From assembly GCA_963933835.1 (NCBI GenBank), contig CAWVVV010000002.1, forward strand, positions 417,849 through 481,848: a stretch of DNA of 64,000 bases. Direction: 5' to 3'. The position numbers were made by a program, and so were the translations under genes. This DNA is from an uncultured Puniceicoccaceae bacterium (lineage in GTDB: Bacteria > Verrucomicrobiota > Verrucomicrobiia > Opitutales > Oceanipulchritudinaceae). The notes beneath the pieces were generated by a model. That model was not told the origin of the DNA. It was given only the letters and a program-made list of their open reading frames with translations, and did no database searches. Shown here piece by piece: positions 29,075 through 39,777 of this stretch (the stretch's first letter is position 1; each line of letters opens with the position of its first letter).

Positions 29075-30589
29075 ATGAACGAATTGGCGAATATTCCTGA
29101 AGTCACCCATGAGTGGGGAGCGATCCTCCCTGAGATTATTCTCGGGGTCACTGCACTGCTTCTTCTTGTTCTTGAGGTGGTGGTCCCGGCGCTGAAGCGC
29201 TCTCTTCCCTATGTGGCCATGGTCGTTCAGGGCGGGTTAGCGCTCTACCTCGGATGGGTAACGTTCAGCGCTCCTGTCGTTGATAGTTCGACCTTCTTCG
29301 GTGGGATGTTGTCCCAAGGACCTGACACGAATTGGATGCGGATTTTCTTCCTCGTCTGCGGAGTCTTTGTTTCTCATCTCGGGCTGACCTATTTGAAAAA
29401 TCGCCCACTGGCCCGGATTGAGTTTTTCCACATTCAGCTGGTCATTGTCGCGTGCTTCATGTTGCTCGTGCAGAGCGCTCATTTTGGCATGCTCTTCGTT
29501 GCGCTTGAGACCCTGACGATTGGGTTCTACATCCTCGTCGCGTATGGCCGGAATAGTAATTTCTCTCTCGAAGCAGGCCTTAAGTATCTAATCACCGGAG
29601 CCTTCAGCTCGGGTATTATGCTCTTTGGTATCGTGCTCCTTTTCGGTTCGGCGAGTAATCCGATTTTCGATTACAGCACGACACAGCCACTCCATTTCAA
29701 TGAGCTGGGAACCTTTTTCACTAGTTACCATCGCATGCATGATGGCGGCCAGTCGCTCCTTTCACTTGTGGGTGCAGGGCTCGTGATTTGTGGCCTCGCT
29801 TTCAAAATCGGCCTCGTTCCGTTTCAGATTTGGATCGCTGATGTTTATCAAGGGGCCCCGACGCCGGTAACAGCGTTTCTCGCCGTCGCTTCGAAGGCAG
29901 CAGGTGTTTTTGTCCTCATCAACTTGCTCCGTGGTCCTTTTGCAGATCTCGACGAGATTACAATGCCGCTTCTCACCGTGATGACTGCAGCGACGCTCCT
30001 CATCGGTAACCTCGCGGCCCTCGGCCAACGCAATGTAAAGCGCCTGATGGGCATGTCCGGCGTCGCGCATGCCGGTATCCTGATCTTGGGCGTGCTGGCT
30101 CTGATTTCACGTCCGAGCCTCATGCCAGTGCTCTTCTTCTACCTCGTGGTCTATGCTTTGGCTTCGTTTGGGGTTTTCGAAGTGATGTCACACGTCGGTG
30201 CGGAGGAAGATGCAGATCAACAATTTGAAGATTACAGTGAGCTGATGAAAAACCAGCCGCTCCTAGGTGGTGCACTTGCGATTGGCTTGGGTAGCCTGGC
30301 AGGTATTCCACCGCTCGCGGGGTTCATCGCAAAGGTGCTGATTTTCTATGCGGCCATCCAGGCAGAGCTTTATGTTATGCTGGCTCTAGCGATCTTCGGT
30401 GTAGTGTGCTCAATTTATTACTACTTCGGCTGGCTCCGTGCCTCAGTGACCAAAGCTGTTTTCGCCGAAGAAGGTCGCCCCGCTCCCGTCGCACCAAGCT
30501 TTTGTGCGAAAGTCGTCCTCTACGGTGTGAGTGGTCTGAGCGTTTTCTTTGGTCTTTACCAAGGAATCTTCGGACTGCCGGGCTACTGA
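29075..30589 (+). CDS. nuoN: NADH-quinone oxidoreductase subunit N
   Basis: EAGLKY, FKIGLVPFQIW..DVYQGAPTPV, SLAGIPPLAGF..K. Confidence 0.96.
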   Translation: MNELANIPEVTHEWGAILPEIILGVTALLLLVLEVVVPALKRSLPYVAMVVQGGLALYLGWVTFSAPVVDSSTFFGGMLSQGPDTNWMRIFFLVCGVFVSHLGLTYLKNRPLARIEFFHIQLVIVACFMLLVQSAHFGMLFVALETLTIGFYILVAYGRNSNFSLEAGLKYLITGAFSSGIMLFGIVLLFGSASNPIFDYSTTQPLHFNELGTFFTSYHRMHDGGQSLLSLVGAGLVICGLAFKIGLVPFQIWIADVYQGAPTPVTAFLAVASKAAGVFVLINLLRGPFADLDEITMPLLTVMTAATLLIGNLAALGQRNVKRLMGMSGVAHAGILILGVLALISRPSLMPVLFFYLVVYALASFGVFEVMSHVGAEEDADQQFEDYSELMKNQPLLGGALAIGLGSLAGIPPLAGFIAKVLIFYAAIQAELYVMLALAIFGVVCSIYYYFGWLRASVTKAVFAEEGRPAPVAPSFCAKVVLYGVSGLSVFFGLYQGIFGLPGY

Positions 30590-31080
30590 GCTGCTCGCGC
30601 CTTGTAATGGCGTATCTCGTATTCTGATTCCGACCGAACAATCGCAGGCGGATTGAAATACTCTTCGAAAGAAGGGAAGAAGGTATCTCCTTCGGGCTCT
30701 AAATCAACAACCGTGAGGTAGAGCTCGCTGACGCGAGGAAGCGCTTGGCGGTAGATCTCTGCGCCACCAAATATCCAGATATCACCCTCTGGCGGCAGTG
30801 CCTCGAGGTCGTCCCAGGAATTCACCACGACGCAGCCGGCGATAGGCTCTTTCGAGCGCGATAAGACAACATTGCGCCGCTTTGGGAGAGGGCGCCCCAG
30901 CGAGGCAAAAGTCTTTCGCCCCATCACAATCGTCTGCCCAAGGGTGCACTCTTTAACCCATTTAAAGTCTTCGGGGATGTGCCAGGGGATGTTGCCATCG
31001 TTCCCGATGACACGGTTCTTCGCCATCGCGGCGATCGCCTTCCACTGCCTTGTGGAATCTGTGGGCTGTAATGGAGCCAT
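30583..31080 (-). CDS. folA: Dihydrofolate reductase
   Basis: NRVIG....IPWHIPED, VMGRKT..SL.RPLP.R.N, FGGAEIY, EGDTFFP. Confidence 0.96.
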   Translation of the reverse strand: MAPLQPTDSTRQWKAIAAMAKNRVIGNDGNIPWHIPEDFKWVKECTLGQTIVMGRKTFASLGRPLPKRRNVVLSRSKEPIAGCVVVNSWDDLEALPPEGDIWIFGGAEIYRQALPRVSELYLTVVDLEPEGDTFFPSFEEYFNPPAIVRSESEYEIRHYKARAAQ

Positions 31081-31082
31081 TA

Positions 31083-31886
31083 CTACACGGCGATCGGTGC
31101 TTTGATTGCGGGGTGAGGATCGTAGCCTTGGAGGTCGAAGTGTTCGTAGCGGAAATCTTCGATATTTTTCACACTTGGATCTAAGCGCATTGTTGGCAGC
31201 GGCCGGGTCTCCCGCGAAAGCTGTTCTTTGACTTGATCGAGGTGGTTGGAATAGATGTGGAGGTCGCCGAAGGTATGGACGAATTCGGCCGCTTTGAGTC
31301 CGGTGACCTGAGCGACGATCAGCGTGAGTAGGGCGTAGGAGGCTATATTGAAGGGAACTCCGAGGAACGTGTCGGCACTACGCTGGTAGAGCTGGCAGGA
31401 GAGTTCGCCCGCATCTTGATCGACCCAGAATTGAAACATCGCGTGGCATGGAGGCAGCGCCATTTGATCCAGTTCACCAGGATTCCAGGCGCAGACAATG
31501 TGGCGGCGGCTCGACGGGTTGCTTTTGATCGATTCGATCACCTGTGTGAGCTGGTCGATGCGCTCACCTTTAGGATTTCTCCAGTCTCGCCATTGCGCGC
31601 CGTAGACGCGCCCGAGATCGCCGGTTTCCGCGTCAGCCCATTCGTCCCAGATTTTAACCTTATTCTCCTGAAGATAGCGCACGTTCGTGTCTCCTGCCAC
31701 GAACCAAAGGAGTTCGTGAATGATCCCCCGTAGATAAAGCTTCTTCGTCGTAACGAGCGGAAAGCCATCTCGCAGGTCGTAACGGCTCTGTGCCCCAAAG
31801 CGCGAGTAGGTGCCGACGCCCGTGCGGTCCATGCGGTATTTACCGTTGTCGAGGACGTCGCGGAGCAGATCGAGGTAGGTTTGCAT
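31083..31886 (-). CDS. thyA: Thymidylate synthase
   Basis: [36 protein letters not shown]. Confidence 0.98.
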   Translation of the reverse strand: MQTYLDLLRDVLDNGKYRMDRTGVGTYSRFGAQSRYDLRDGFPLVTTKKLYLRGIIHELLWFVAGDTNVRYLQENKVKIWDEWADAETGDLGRVYGAQWRDWRNPKGERIDQLTQVIESIKSNPSSRRHIVCAWNPGELDQMALPPCHAMFQFWVDQDAGELSCQLYQRSADTFLGVPFNIASYALLTLIVAQVTGLKAAEFVHTFGDLHIYSNHLDQVKEQLSRETRPLPTMRLDPSVKNIEDFRYEHFDLQGYDPHPAIKAPIAV

Positions 31887-31995
31887 GAGTCGTGGAGCAG
31901 GTGAAAATCGAGGCCTTAAAGATGCGTACGCAACGGCGGCTCTGTCAATGCGACTAGAGAATTGCCGCAGAATCCATTCTGTGTAAACCTATGGT

Positions 31996-33373
31996 ATGTC
32001 TTTGCAGTGGAAATTTCTCGGCAGCCTTTGTTTGGCGACCTTTTTGATCGGCCAGAGCGAGGATGTTTTGCCGAATGAGCCTGCTCAAGCAGCAAGCTTG
32101 AAAGCGATTTCCGATCCAGCGAAGAGTCCCGCCGAGAACCACATTTCGCCAACAAGTCGCTTGCCTGAAATTGCACCTGCGCCGACCGTTTTGGAGTTCG
32201 AGCGCTCATGCCTTCAACCGACAGCGGTTGGGCGCGTTTTGATTGGCGGGCAGTGGGTTTCGCCTCAATTACTCCTCGGCAGTGTGAATGAGCTGCCAAG
32301 TGCGAACCTGTCAGAGATTCAGCAACCCGTATTGGCTGACGGCTCGTTCCAGCCTGCATCAAACACGCAGGAGTATGAACAAGCTACGGGCCTAGATGAT
32401 GTCTTCGAGGGGAAGTTGGTGAAACGCTATTCTGAAGCTAGAGTAGTGCGCTTCCTCGCTCCGCGTGAGCCGCTTGAAAATCTTTTTAATCAAATTGGTC
32501 TTGATGATTTGAACCGCTATCAGTTTCGGCGCAATCGTTCCGATAAAGTGCCCGTTGAGCGCGTTTGATGCGGCTATGCGTGAATCGGGAAAAAGTGAGT
32601 CCGCTCGGGTAGGTCAGGGTGGTTCTAGCACGGGTATTCACGAGCAGCTGAATTATACCGACAATGGTGCCTACATTGAAATCACTGGAGCAACGGGGAC
32701 CCTGTCAGGCGATATCTATATCCCTGATTCAATCGGCGGGATACCGATAACAGAGATAGCTCCAAATGCATTCAATGGCCAAGCAGAACTTAAGGGGGTT
32801 GTCTTGGGGGCGAACGTTTCGACGATCGGTAGTGGAGCCTTTCAAGGCGCAAGTAAACTGGATGTGCTGTTCTTTAAAGGAGACACACCGAGCACGCTTG
32901 GACCGAATGCGCTCAGTGGTGTTTCTCAGCAATTCTTGGTGTACTACTTTCAAGGTGGGGTTGGATTTGGATCGGCAACGTGGGCTAGCTACTCGCCTTC
33001 TGATCTCGGGGGATACTCACCATTGAAGCCATGGCTAGTGCGGTATGGCTATGCAGTTACTGTCGATGTAACGACAGATCCAAACGGCGATGACGTTCCA
33101 CTGATTTTGGAATACGCTTTGGATCTAGTTCCTCAGGTCTCAAATTCAGGAAACATCCCACATGCGATTGTAAACGGACAAATGCTTGAGTACACCTACT
33201 ACTCGAGTGCGTCTGGGATCACTTATGCACCTGAGGTTAGCCGTGCACTTTTCAGTTGGAGTAGCCAGGGCATCACGATCAATGGGCCTACCTCGACGGG
33301 CCACTCGACCGCCTCGGTCCTAAACACAGGTATCCCGTGCTTCTTTCGTCTCGTCGTTACTGAATCAATGTAG
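31996..33373 (+). pseudogene. Secreted BspA-type leucine-rich-repeat surface protein, apparently split by a frameshift near 32551 (ORFs 31996-32568 and 32555-33373)
   Basis: First ORF carries the signal peptide. Second has LRR_5-like 'IPDSIGGIPITEIAPNAF..LKGVVLGANVSTIGSGAF' and a verrucomicrobial-type tail 'DPNGDD..LEYAL..Y..EVS..L..W..FFRLVV' but only a TTG start overlapping the first stop. Could instead be two genes. Confidence 0.6.
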
Positions 33374-33382
33374 CCTACACGG

Positions 33383-33667
33383 CTAGGCATCCGCCCTAAT
33401 CTTGTCTTTAGCCGCTTCCTTTTGATCTTCAAAACGAGCTCTTTCATTGCGAAGTTGCGCTTCAATTTGCTCGAGTGCCTGCTCATCGCCGCTTTCTCGA
33501 GCTTCGTGGATTTGCTTTTGTAGGAAGACTTCTTTCTCGGCGATCTTCGCAGCATAAACCCGATCGGTTTCTGCCAAGGCGTCCTTCTGCTCCTTGGTAA
33601 GTGGAGTCCTCTTTTCGCTCTCTGGGTCGGAGAAACGTTCCATCGCTAGCTCATAGGCACTTTTCAT
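33383..33667 (-). CDS. Small conserved helical hypothetical protein (MKSAYELAMER N-terminus)
   Basis: Charged coiled-coil composition; N-terminal motif recalled from PVC-group hypothetical proteins. Confidence 0.7.
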   Translation of the reverse strand: MKSAYELAMERFSDPESEKRTPLTKEQKDALAETDRVYAAKIAEKEVFLQKQIHEARESGDEQALEQIEAQLRNERARFEDQKEAAKDKIRADA

Positions 33668-33716
33668 ATGCGCTAAGGTGGCATCCATTGTGATGAAGGC
33701 AAATCTCAAGAAAGGA

Positions 33717-35366
33717 CTAGATGGGTTGAGTGCCGACCAAGACGACGCTTAAGAGAGCGATTGATACACTACCTAAGTAGAGCGTGCGGACATAAGCGCT
33801 TTCCTTTTTTGGGGATAGCAGAAGTAGACAGAGAAAAGTAATAATTGCGAAGTAAGCCCATGACGAAGAATGCCAACGGACATCAGAATAAAACCCCGGT
33901 ATGCGAATCGCGGTGAAAGATAGCCGCTCCATGAAGCTGATGAGTAGCCATGCAGGATAGGTGGCGAGGATCGCAATAAAACCGAGGCCGACGCTGTGAG
34001 TGAGAATGATTACGACTCCGCAAGCCACTACTGCTGTGGCGATAGGGACGAGAAAGGCGTTGAGGACGATGGCTCCCGGTGTCCAGAGTTCGAAATGTAG
34101 GATGATAAGGGGAGCGCTCCCCATTGTAGCAGAAAAACTGATACACAACGACTCAATGAGCTTTCGTTTGAGCCACCGGAGAAAGCGGTGGAGGCCGGAT
34201 AGGTCAGCTTCAATAGACAGCCGGTAGCTCGGCCAACGGTTCTGGATGAGCTCTATGAGGGGCAACCCAAAGGTTATGATGGAGATCACAACACTGTAGG
34301 ATAGTTGGAACCCAATTGAATAAAGTTGAGCCGGACTCACCGCCAAAGTGAGAAGTCCCGAAGCAAGGATTACGCGCATTGGCTTCGCTGGTCTAGGAAG
34401 AAGGCTGGCGAGACAATAGAACGCCAAGATACTAAAGGCCCGCATTGCAGAGGGGCTGAATCCAATCACGGCGACGTAGAGTCCGACAAAGAGCAAAGTG
34501 ATGAAGCGCCGCCTGAAGAACGAAAGCTGAAGCAACTTGAGGAGTTGATCTAGAGTGAGGCCGACGATCATCACATGCAACCCGCTGACCGCGAAGAGGT
34601 GCATCGCCCCAGCTAAGAGAAATGCCCGCTCGCCTAGAATCACCGCTGCGAGCAATCCGCCCTCACTTGCAAATTCGGGAGGGCTTGCTGAAAGCCATTC
34701 TTTCCACTGGACCCTCAGTGAATTGATCCAGTGTTGTGCTTGGTGTGGTGGATCTAGCTCTTGAACAAGGGTACCTTGCCGGAGTTGAAAGTTGATCTCG
34801 CGGCTTTCGAGAAATTCCCCGAAATCATCTTCAGTGTTGAGGACAGGAACAAGCACTCCTTGCAGTGACACTTTTGCATGAGGCCGGACGGTTATGTCGT
34901 CTGCTCCCTGACGGAGAGAAGCGAAAAGCTTTTGACCCTTGAGTTCAGGACTCAAGGCCGGCGGCGTGACAATCAGAACAATCGCGTAGGCGCGTTCTGG
35001 ATACACCGTTCCTGCGTAGGTCTGCTCGATGCGTCCGGCAACCGTCACCTCGCGGGGCGGTAGCTGATCCCAAATGCTGGGAAACTCGATGCTTTGATGG
35101 GTGGTCCATGACCATGCCAGGAGTCCGACTGCAGCCGGGAAGGCGATATGCCAGACTTTGTGACGGTGGAGCGGCAGGCAGACTGCTGAGAGTAATAATA
35201 GGGCCGGACAGAGTGTCACCCAGATAGAGGGGAGCTCGACGAAATGAGCGCCTACATAGCCTGCGATGCCAGGGAGCAGCAGCCATAAGATGGGAGCCCT
35301 CCATGGTTTGTTTTGAAGGGGTTGGGAAGCTTTGTCCGGACGATCAATGCCGGATGAACTGCTCAC
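33717..35366 (-). CDS. comEC: ComEC/Rec2 competence membrane protein (no C-terminal beta-lactamase-like domain)
   Basis: HLFAVSGLH, SPSAMRA, SIGFQLSY; many TM segments. Confidence 0.88.
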   Translation of the reverse strand: MSSSSGIDRPDKASQPLQNKPWRAPILWLLLPGIAGYVGAHFVELPSIWVTLCPALLLLSAVCLPLHRHKVWHIAFPAAVGLLAWSWTTHQSIEFPSIWDQLPPREVTVAGRIEQTYAGTVYPERAYAIVLIVTPPALSPELKGQKLFASLRQGADDITVRPHAKVSLQGVLVPVLNTEDDFGEFLESREINFQLRQGTLVQELDPPHQAQHWINSLRVQWKEWLSASPPEFASEGGLLAAVILGERAFLLAGAMHLFAVSGLHVMIVGLTLDQLLKLLQLSFFRRRFITLLFVGLYVAVIGFSPSAMRAFSILAFYCLASLLPRPAKPMRVILASGLLTLAVSPAQLYSIGFQLSYSVVISIITFGLPLIELIQNRWPSYRLSIEADLSGLHRFLRWLKRKLIESLCISFSATMGSAPLIILHFELWTPGAIVLNAFLVPIATAVVACGVVIILTHSVGLGFIAILATYPAWLLISFMERLSFTAIRIPGFYSDVRWHSSSWAYFAIITFLCLLLLSPKKESAYVRTLYLGSVSIALLSVVLVGTQPI

Positions 35367-36135
35367 CTCGTAGGATGGATGGATTTAGGAGGCCGGAGTG
35401 CAGATAAGCGAGGGCCGAGGGAATGGCGGTCTTAAGGGAGTCTCCTTTAGCTAGTTCCGCTGTGATCGCTGCGGCTAATGTGCAGCCGCTTCCATGCGTA
35501 TTGATGTTCTTGATACGCTTGTGGCTGAACTGCTGTATTTCCCCTTCATGGCAGAGCACATCGATGAGTGTCTCCGAGCCCTCAAGGTGCCCTCCTTTAA
35601 GCAGGACGGCGGCACCGAAAGCGTCATAGAGGCGCTGGGCTGCGTCCTCCATTTCATGGATATTTGTTGGGCGAAAGCCAAGTAGAACCGCGGCTTCATC
35701 AAGGTTGGGGGTGATGAGTGTTGCGGCGGGGAGGAGGCGAGTTTTGAGCGTCTCAATCGCCTCAGGCTGAAGTAGAGCCGCCTCGCTCGTCGCGACCATT
35801 ACAGGATCTAGAACAAAGGGCAGGTGGGAATGTGATTCTAGATAGTCCGCAACAAGTTCGATATTTTGCTCTGAGAAAAGCATCCCAGTTTTCAGCGCAC
35901 CAACGTTGAAGTAGTTGAACACGGCGTCGAGCTGAGCGCGAATAAAGTCCTCTCCAAGCTCCGCGATGGCGCTGACTTCGTTGGGGTTCTGTGCTGTGAG
36001 CGCACAAAGCACACTGGTTCCATAGACGCCACAGCTCGTGAATGTTTTGAGGTCAGCTTGAATGCCTGCACCGCCACCTGAATCGGATGTTGCAATCGTG
36101 AGTGCGACAGGCGTATCGGTCTGAGAAGTAGTCAC
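35344..36135 (-). CDS. thiD: Hydroxymethylpyrimidine/phosphomethylpyrimidine kinase
   Basis: SDSGGGAGIQADLKT, KTGML, DPVMVA, TPNLDEA, KGGH, THGSGC. Confidence 0.96.
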   Translation of the reverse strand: MTTSQTDTPVALTIATSDSGGGAGIQADLKTFTSCGVYGTSVLCALTAQNPNEVSAIAELGEDFIRAQLDAVFNYFNVGALKTGMLFSEQNIELVADYLESHSHLPFVLDPVMVATSEAALLQPEAIETLKTRLLPAATLITPNLDEAAVLLGFRPTNIHEMEDAAQRLYDAFGAAVLLKGGHLEGSETLIDVLCHEGEIQQFSHKRIKNINTHGSGCTLAAAITAELAKGDSLKTAIPSALAYLHSGLLNPSILRGEQFIRH

Positions 36136-36258
36136 GCTGAGATCTAGGATGACTTAGCCTCCCTTAGCAATCCTTGGCTGGATGATGGCGATCGGGCTTC
36201 AGTGGTTTCTGCGTGGCGCGGGTTTGACGAAGGATTTGGATCGTTCAAGTTGTGAGCC

Positions 36259-37626
36259 GTGCCGGCTTCGGATCAGTCAGATTTATTTGGTGGAAGAGCG
36301 CCCGTTACCCGCTCAGAGCAATCGAGCTCGGTGGTGCGGCGGCGGCCGCTTGCAGCGAGGATGCGGCCAGAGCGACTCTCCGAAGTGGTCGGACAGGCTC
36401 ATATCCTAGGGGAAGGCGCCTTGCTCCCGCGCCTTCTCAAAACTGGGCAACTGGGCAGTTTGATCTTTTATGGGCCACCCGGCTCGGGGAAGACGACCTT
36501 GGCCGAAGTCATCTCAAATGAAGTCGAAGGGCGCTTCGTCCGTCTAAATGCGGTGCTCTCAAATGTGGCTGAGCTGCGCGATGTTCTCCGCTATGCTCGT
36601 CATGATCCGACAAGTTCGACGATTCTATTCATCGACGAGATTCATCGCTTTAATAAAGCCCAGCAGGATCTTCTTCTCCCCGACGTCGAGAGCGGTGTGA
36701 TTCGTTTGATCGGTGCAACGACGCATAATCCTGGCTTCTACGTCATCCCGCCGCTTCTCAGCCGAAGTCACCTCTTCAAGCTCGAACCATTGAAAGTCGA
36801 GTCCGTGAGTGAGATTCTCACCAAAGCATTGCTCGATCGAGAGCGTGGCTTGGGTTCACATGAAGTTTCGGCGCCGCCTAGCCTATTGCTTCAGTTGGCG
36901 AAAATGGCGGACGGTGACTTGCGGCGAGCGCTCAACTCGCTCGAAACCCTCGTGCTAAGTCTCCCCGTTGGCACCGCGATGACAGAGACGGACATCGCCG
37001 CTTTTGCCCGTGAGCGCCAGATACGCTACGATGCAAATGAGGATGAGCACTACGACACTGCCTCAGCTTTTATTAAGAGTATGCGGGGCAGTGATCCTGA
37101 CGCCGCGCTCTATTGGTTGGCGAAAATGCTCATCGGCGGTGAAGACCCCCGATTCATAGCACGGAGGCTCGTTATCTTTGCCTCTGAGGATATCGGTTTG
37201 GCCGACCCTCGCGCGCTCCCGATGGCAACGGCCACCTTTCAAGCCTGCGATCAAATCGGGCTTCCTGAGTGTGAGCTGAACCTTTCTCATGCGGTTGCAT
37301 TTCTGGCCGCTGCTCCAAAAAGCAACGCGACGACGATGGCTATTTCTGCCGCGAAGAAAGAGATCCGCGAGAACGGCCTACAGCCTGTTCCACTCTGGTT
37401 GCGTGATGGGCACACCCAGTTGAACAAATCGCTGGGGCAGGGGGCTGATTACAAATACAGTCACGGATTTGCCGAAGGCATCAGTGGCCAAGACTACATG
37501 TCCGAACCGAAGACATTCTTAGAACTCGGCGAAGCGGGGGTAGAGCCACAGATCGCGGAGCGACTGAAGCGCTGGAAGGGTCTCAAAAGCGAAATAATCG
37601 CGAAAGCGCCAAGAGGGAAAGATTGA
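36259..37626 (+). CDS. rarA: Replication-associated recombination protein A (AAA+)
   Basis: PLAARMRP, GPPGSGKTT, FIDEIHRFNKAQQD, SAFIKSMRGSDPDAA, SEDIGLADP. Confidence 0.95.
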   Translation: MPASDQSDLFGGRAPVTRSEQSSSVVRRRPLAARMRPERLSEVVGQAHILGEGALLPRLLKTGQLGSLIFYGPPGSGKTTLAEVISNEVEGRFVRLNAVLSNVAELRDVLRYARHDPTSSTILFIDEIHRFNKAQQDLLLPDVESGVIRLIGATTHNPGFYVIPPLLSRSHLFKLEPLKVESVSEILTKALLDRERGLGSHEVSAPPSLLLQLAKMADGDLRRALNSLETLVLSLPVGTAMTETDIAAFARERQIRYDANEDEHYDTASAFIKSMRGSDPDAALYWLAKMLIGGEDPRFIARRLVIFASEDIGLADPRALPMATATFQACDQIGLPECELNLSHAVAFLAAAPKSNATTMAISAAKKEIRENGLQPVPLWLRDGHTQLNKSLGQGADYKYSHGFAEGISGQDYMSEPKTFLELGEAGVEPQIAERLKRWKGLKSEIIAKAPRGKD

Positions 37627-37662
37627 GGTTTGTCGGTCGGATGGTAGAAGTGTAACACTAGG

Positions 37663-38092
37663 ATGATGAATTATCGGCTACTCAGTTTCCTTGCTTTCAT
37701 CGTTGTAGGCTACGGCTTGAGCGCGGCGGACGGCACCCTAGCGCTCGGTGCCGAGGTAGTCGAAGGCGTTGGCCAAGACTGGAGCCTGCCTGACGGGCAA
37801 GTCGTCAATCTCCAGATCGTTGATCAGAATTTTCATCTTTTGTTTCTCGATCCTGACCGCCTAATCATCGCGCCCACGATCGAGAAAGTTATCGTTCGCG
37901 GCGAAGGAGTGCTCAGAAAGAGCAACAAGCTGAATCTTGTCACGGGGTAGCTCTGGATTCTCGCTGAGCCACGTGCGTAAAGTCATCCCGCCCTACGACT
38001 ATTGGCTGCGGCTGCTCGTCCCAAGCGCTGAAACTAGTGAAGACTGGGAGAGCCTCTCTCGCCTTCGTTATCGGCCTGTCGCGAGCGAGTAA
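37663..38092 (+). pseudogene. Secreted hypothetical protein with apparent +1 frameshift in GGGG (37944-37947)
   Basis: ORF stops at TAG 37950; dropping one G continues as GSSGFSLSHVRKVIPPYDYWLRLLV...RPVASE* to 38092, filling otherwise unexplained sequence. Confidence 0.6.
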
Positions 38093-38190
38093 CGGGTGCT
38101 TTTATGGCATTGCCAAGGGTGCGCCAGTGGGCACCTTTATGACTTACCTTCCGCCCAAAGGCGGGAATTTAACCGATCAGTCAAATACCC

Positions 38191-39585
38191 ATGGCAAATG
38201 ATACATATGATTTGGTCGTTATCGGTGGTGGCCCTGCGGGCTACGCCGCTGCGATCCGTGCTGGACAACTAGGCAAGAAAGTCGCCTGCATCGAACTCGA
38301 CCGCGCAGGCGGGACCTGTCTGAACTGGGGTTGTATCCCTTCCAAGGCGCTTCTTAAAGCGGCGGAAACGGTTGAGAGCATCCGTCAGGCGGCAGACTTC
38401 GGTATTACGGTGTCCGAGCCAAAAGTAGATTTTTCCAAAGTGATTAGTCGCTCTCGCGACGTCTCCGATCAGATGGCCAAGGGAATCGAGTTTCTTTTCA
38501 AGAAGAACAAAGTCGAGTATGTCGTCGGCAAGGCCCATGTGTCAGCACCTGGCATTGTTGAAGTCGTCGACGGGAAGGACAAAGGGAAGTTCTTTTCGAC
38601 GAAAAACACCCTCGTAGCGACGGGTTGTAACGCGCGCCGTATTCCGGATGTTGAGGTCGATGGCGAGCGCGTCATGACCAGCCGCGAAGCCCTCGTCATG
38701 ACCAAGCAGCCTGCCTCTATCGCGATCATCGGAGCGGGTGCGATCGGTGTGGAGTTCGCCTATTTCCTCAGCACCCTTGGCACGAAGGTCACGCTCATCG
38801 AGATGTTGGACCGCATCGTCCCAGTCGAAGACGCCGAAATTTCCGACACCCTGACACGCTCCTTTAAAAAGCACGGTATCGATGTGCGCGTTGCGACGAA
38901 GGTCGAGGACATCAAGCCGGGCAAAAAGTCGGTTAAGATGAAGCTCGTCAAAGGCGAGAAGAGCGAAGACCTCGAAGTCGAATCGATCCTCCTATCTATT
39001 GGCGTCGTCCCCAATCTCAATGGAGTGCTTTCCAGCCGGATCAAGCCCGAGCTCGAGCGTGGCTACCTCAAGGTAGACGACAATTACCAGACCACGGTCA
39101 AAGGCATCTACGCCGCAGGCGATATCATTGGACCGCCTTGGTTGGCACACGTCGCGACGTATGAAGCAGTGCAGGCGATCAATGGCATGTTTGGCCATGC
39201 CAAGCCTCAGCGCGTGACAAATTTTCCTGGTTGCACCTATTGCCACCCGCAGATTGCCAGCGTGGGTCTCACCGAAGAACAGGCGAAGGAGCAAGGCATC
39301 GAATACCGTGTCGGCAAGTTCCCCTTCGCGGCTTCGGGTAAGGCGGTCGCGATCAATCAGCCCGGTGGATTTGTGAAGCTTATCCTAGGCAAGAAACACG
39401 GTGAAATCCTTGGCGCGCACATCATCGGCGAGAACGCAACGGAGCTCATCGCGGAATATGTCCTCGCGAACAAGACTGAGCTGACCGCAGACGAGATTCA
39501 TGGCACGATCCACGCGCACCCAACGATGAGTGAAGCTCTCGCCGAGGCTGCCGCGGCGGCCTACAACGAAGCGATCCACATTTAA
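38191..39585 (+). CDS. lpdA: Dihydrolipoyl dehydrogenase
   Basis: GGGPAG, GGTCLNWGCIPSK, GAGAIGVE, HAHPTMSE. Confidence 0.97.
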   Translation: MANDTYDLVVIGGGPAGYAAAIRAGQLGKKVACIELDRAGGTCLNWGCIPSKALLKAAETVESIRQAADFGITVSEPKVDFSKVISRSRDVSDQMAKGIEFLFKKNKVEYVVGKAHVSAPGIVEVVDGKDKGKFFSTKNTLVATGCNARRIPDVEVDGERVMTSREALVMTKQPASIAIIGAGAIGVEFAYFLSTLGTKVTLIEMLDRIVPVEDAEISDTLTRSFKKHGIDVRVATKVEDIKPGKKSVKMKLVKGEKSEDLEVESILLSIGVVPNLNGVLSSRIKPELERGYLKVDDNYQTTVKGIYAAGDIIGPPWLAHVATYEAVQAINGMFGHAKPQRVTNFPGCTYCHPQIASVGLTEEQAKEQGIEYRVGKFPFAASGKAVAINQPGGFVKLILGKKHGEILGAHIIGENATELIAEYVLANKTELTADEIHGTIHAHPTMSEALAEAAAAAYNEAIHI

Positions 39586-39630
39586 AGCATTGACCGAGCG
39601 GCGCTGTTCATCACCGTCACCGCTCTTTTC

Positions 39631-39705
39631 GCTCCCATTGTGTAATGGATAGCACGCGGCCCTCCGAAGGCTGAAGTTGGGGTTCAAATCCCTATGGGAG
39701 TGCCA
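39631..39705 (+). tRNA. tRNA-Arg (CCG)
   Basis: GCTCCCA/TGGGAGT acceptor, CGGCC-CTCCGAA-GGCTG anticodon arm, GGTTCAAATCC, CCA. Confidence 0.95.
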
Positions 39706-39777
39706 TTTTTTTCGATTAGATGGCGTTGCGCGACCCCTCTAAACGAAGGGTTCTATTTTTCGCTGGCAGGAAGAAAA

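Noticed and set aside
36136..36258. TPP riboswitch upstream of thiD
   Set aside because: No recognisable TPP aptamer core on the coding strand
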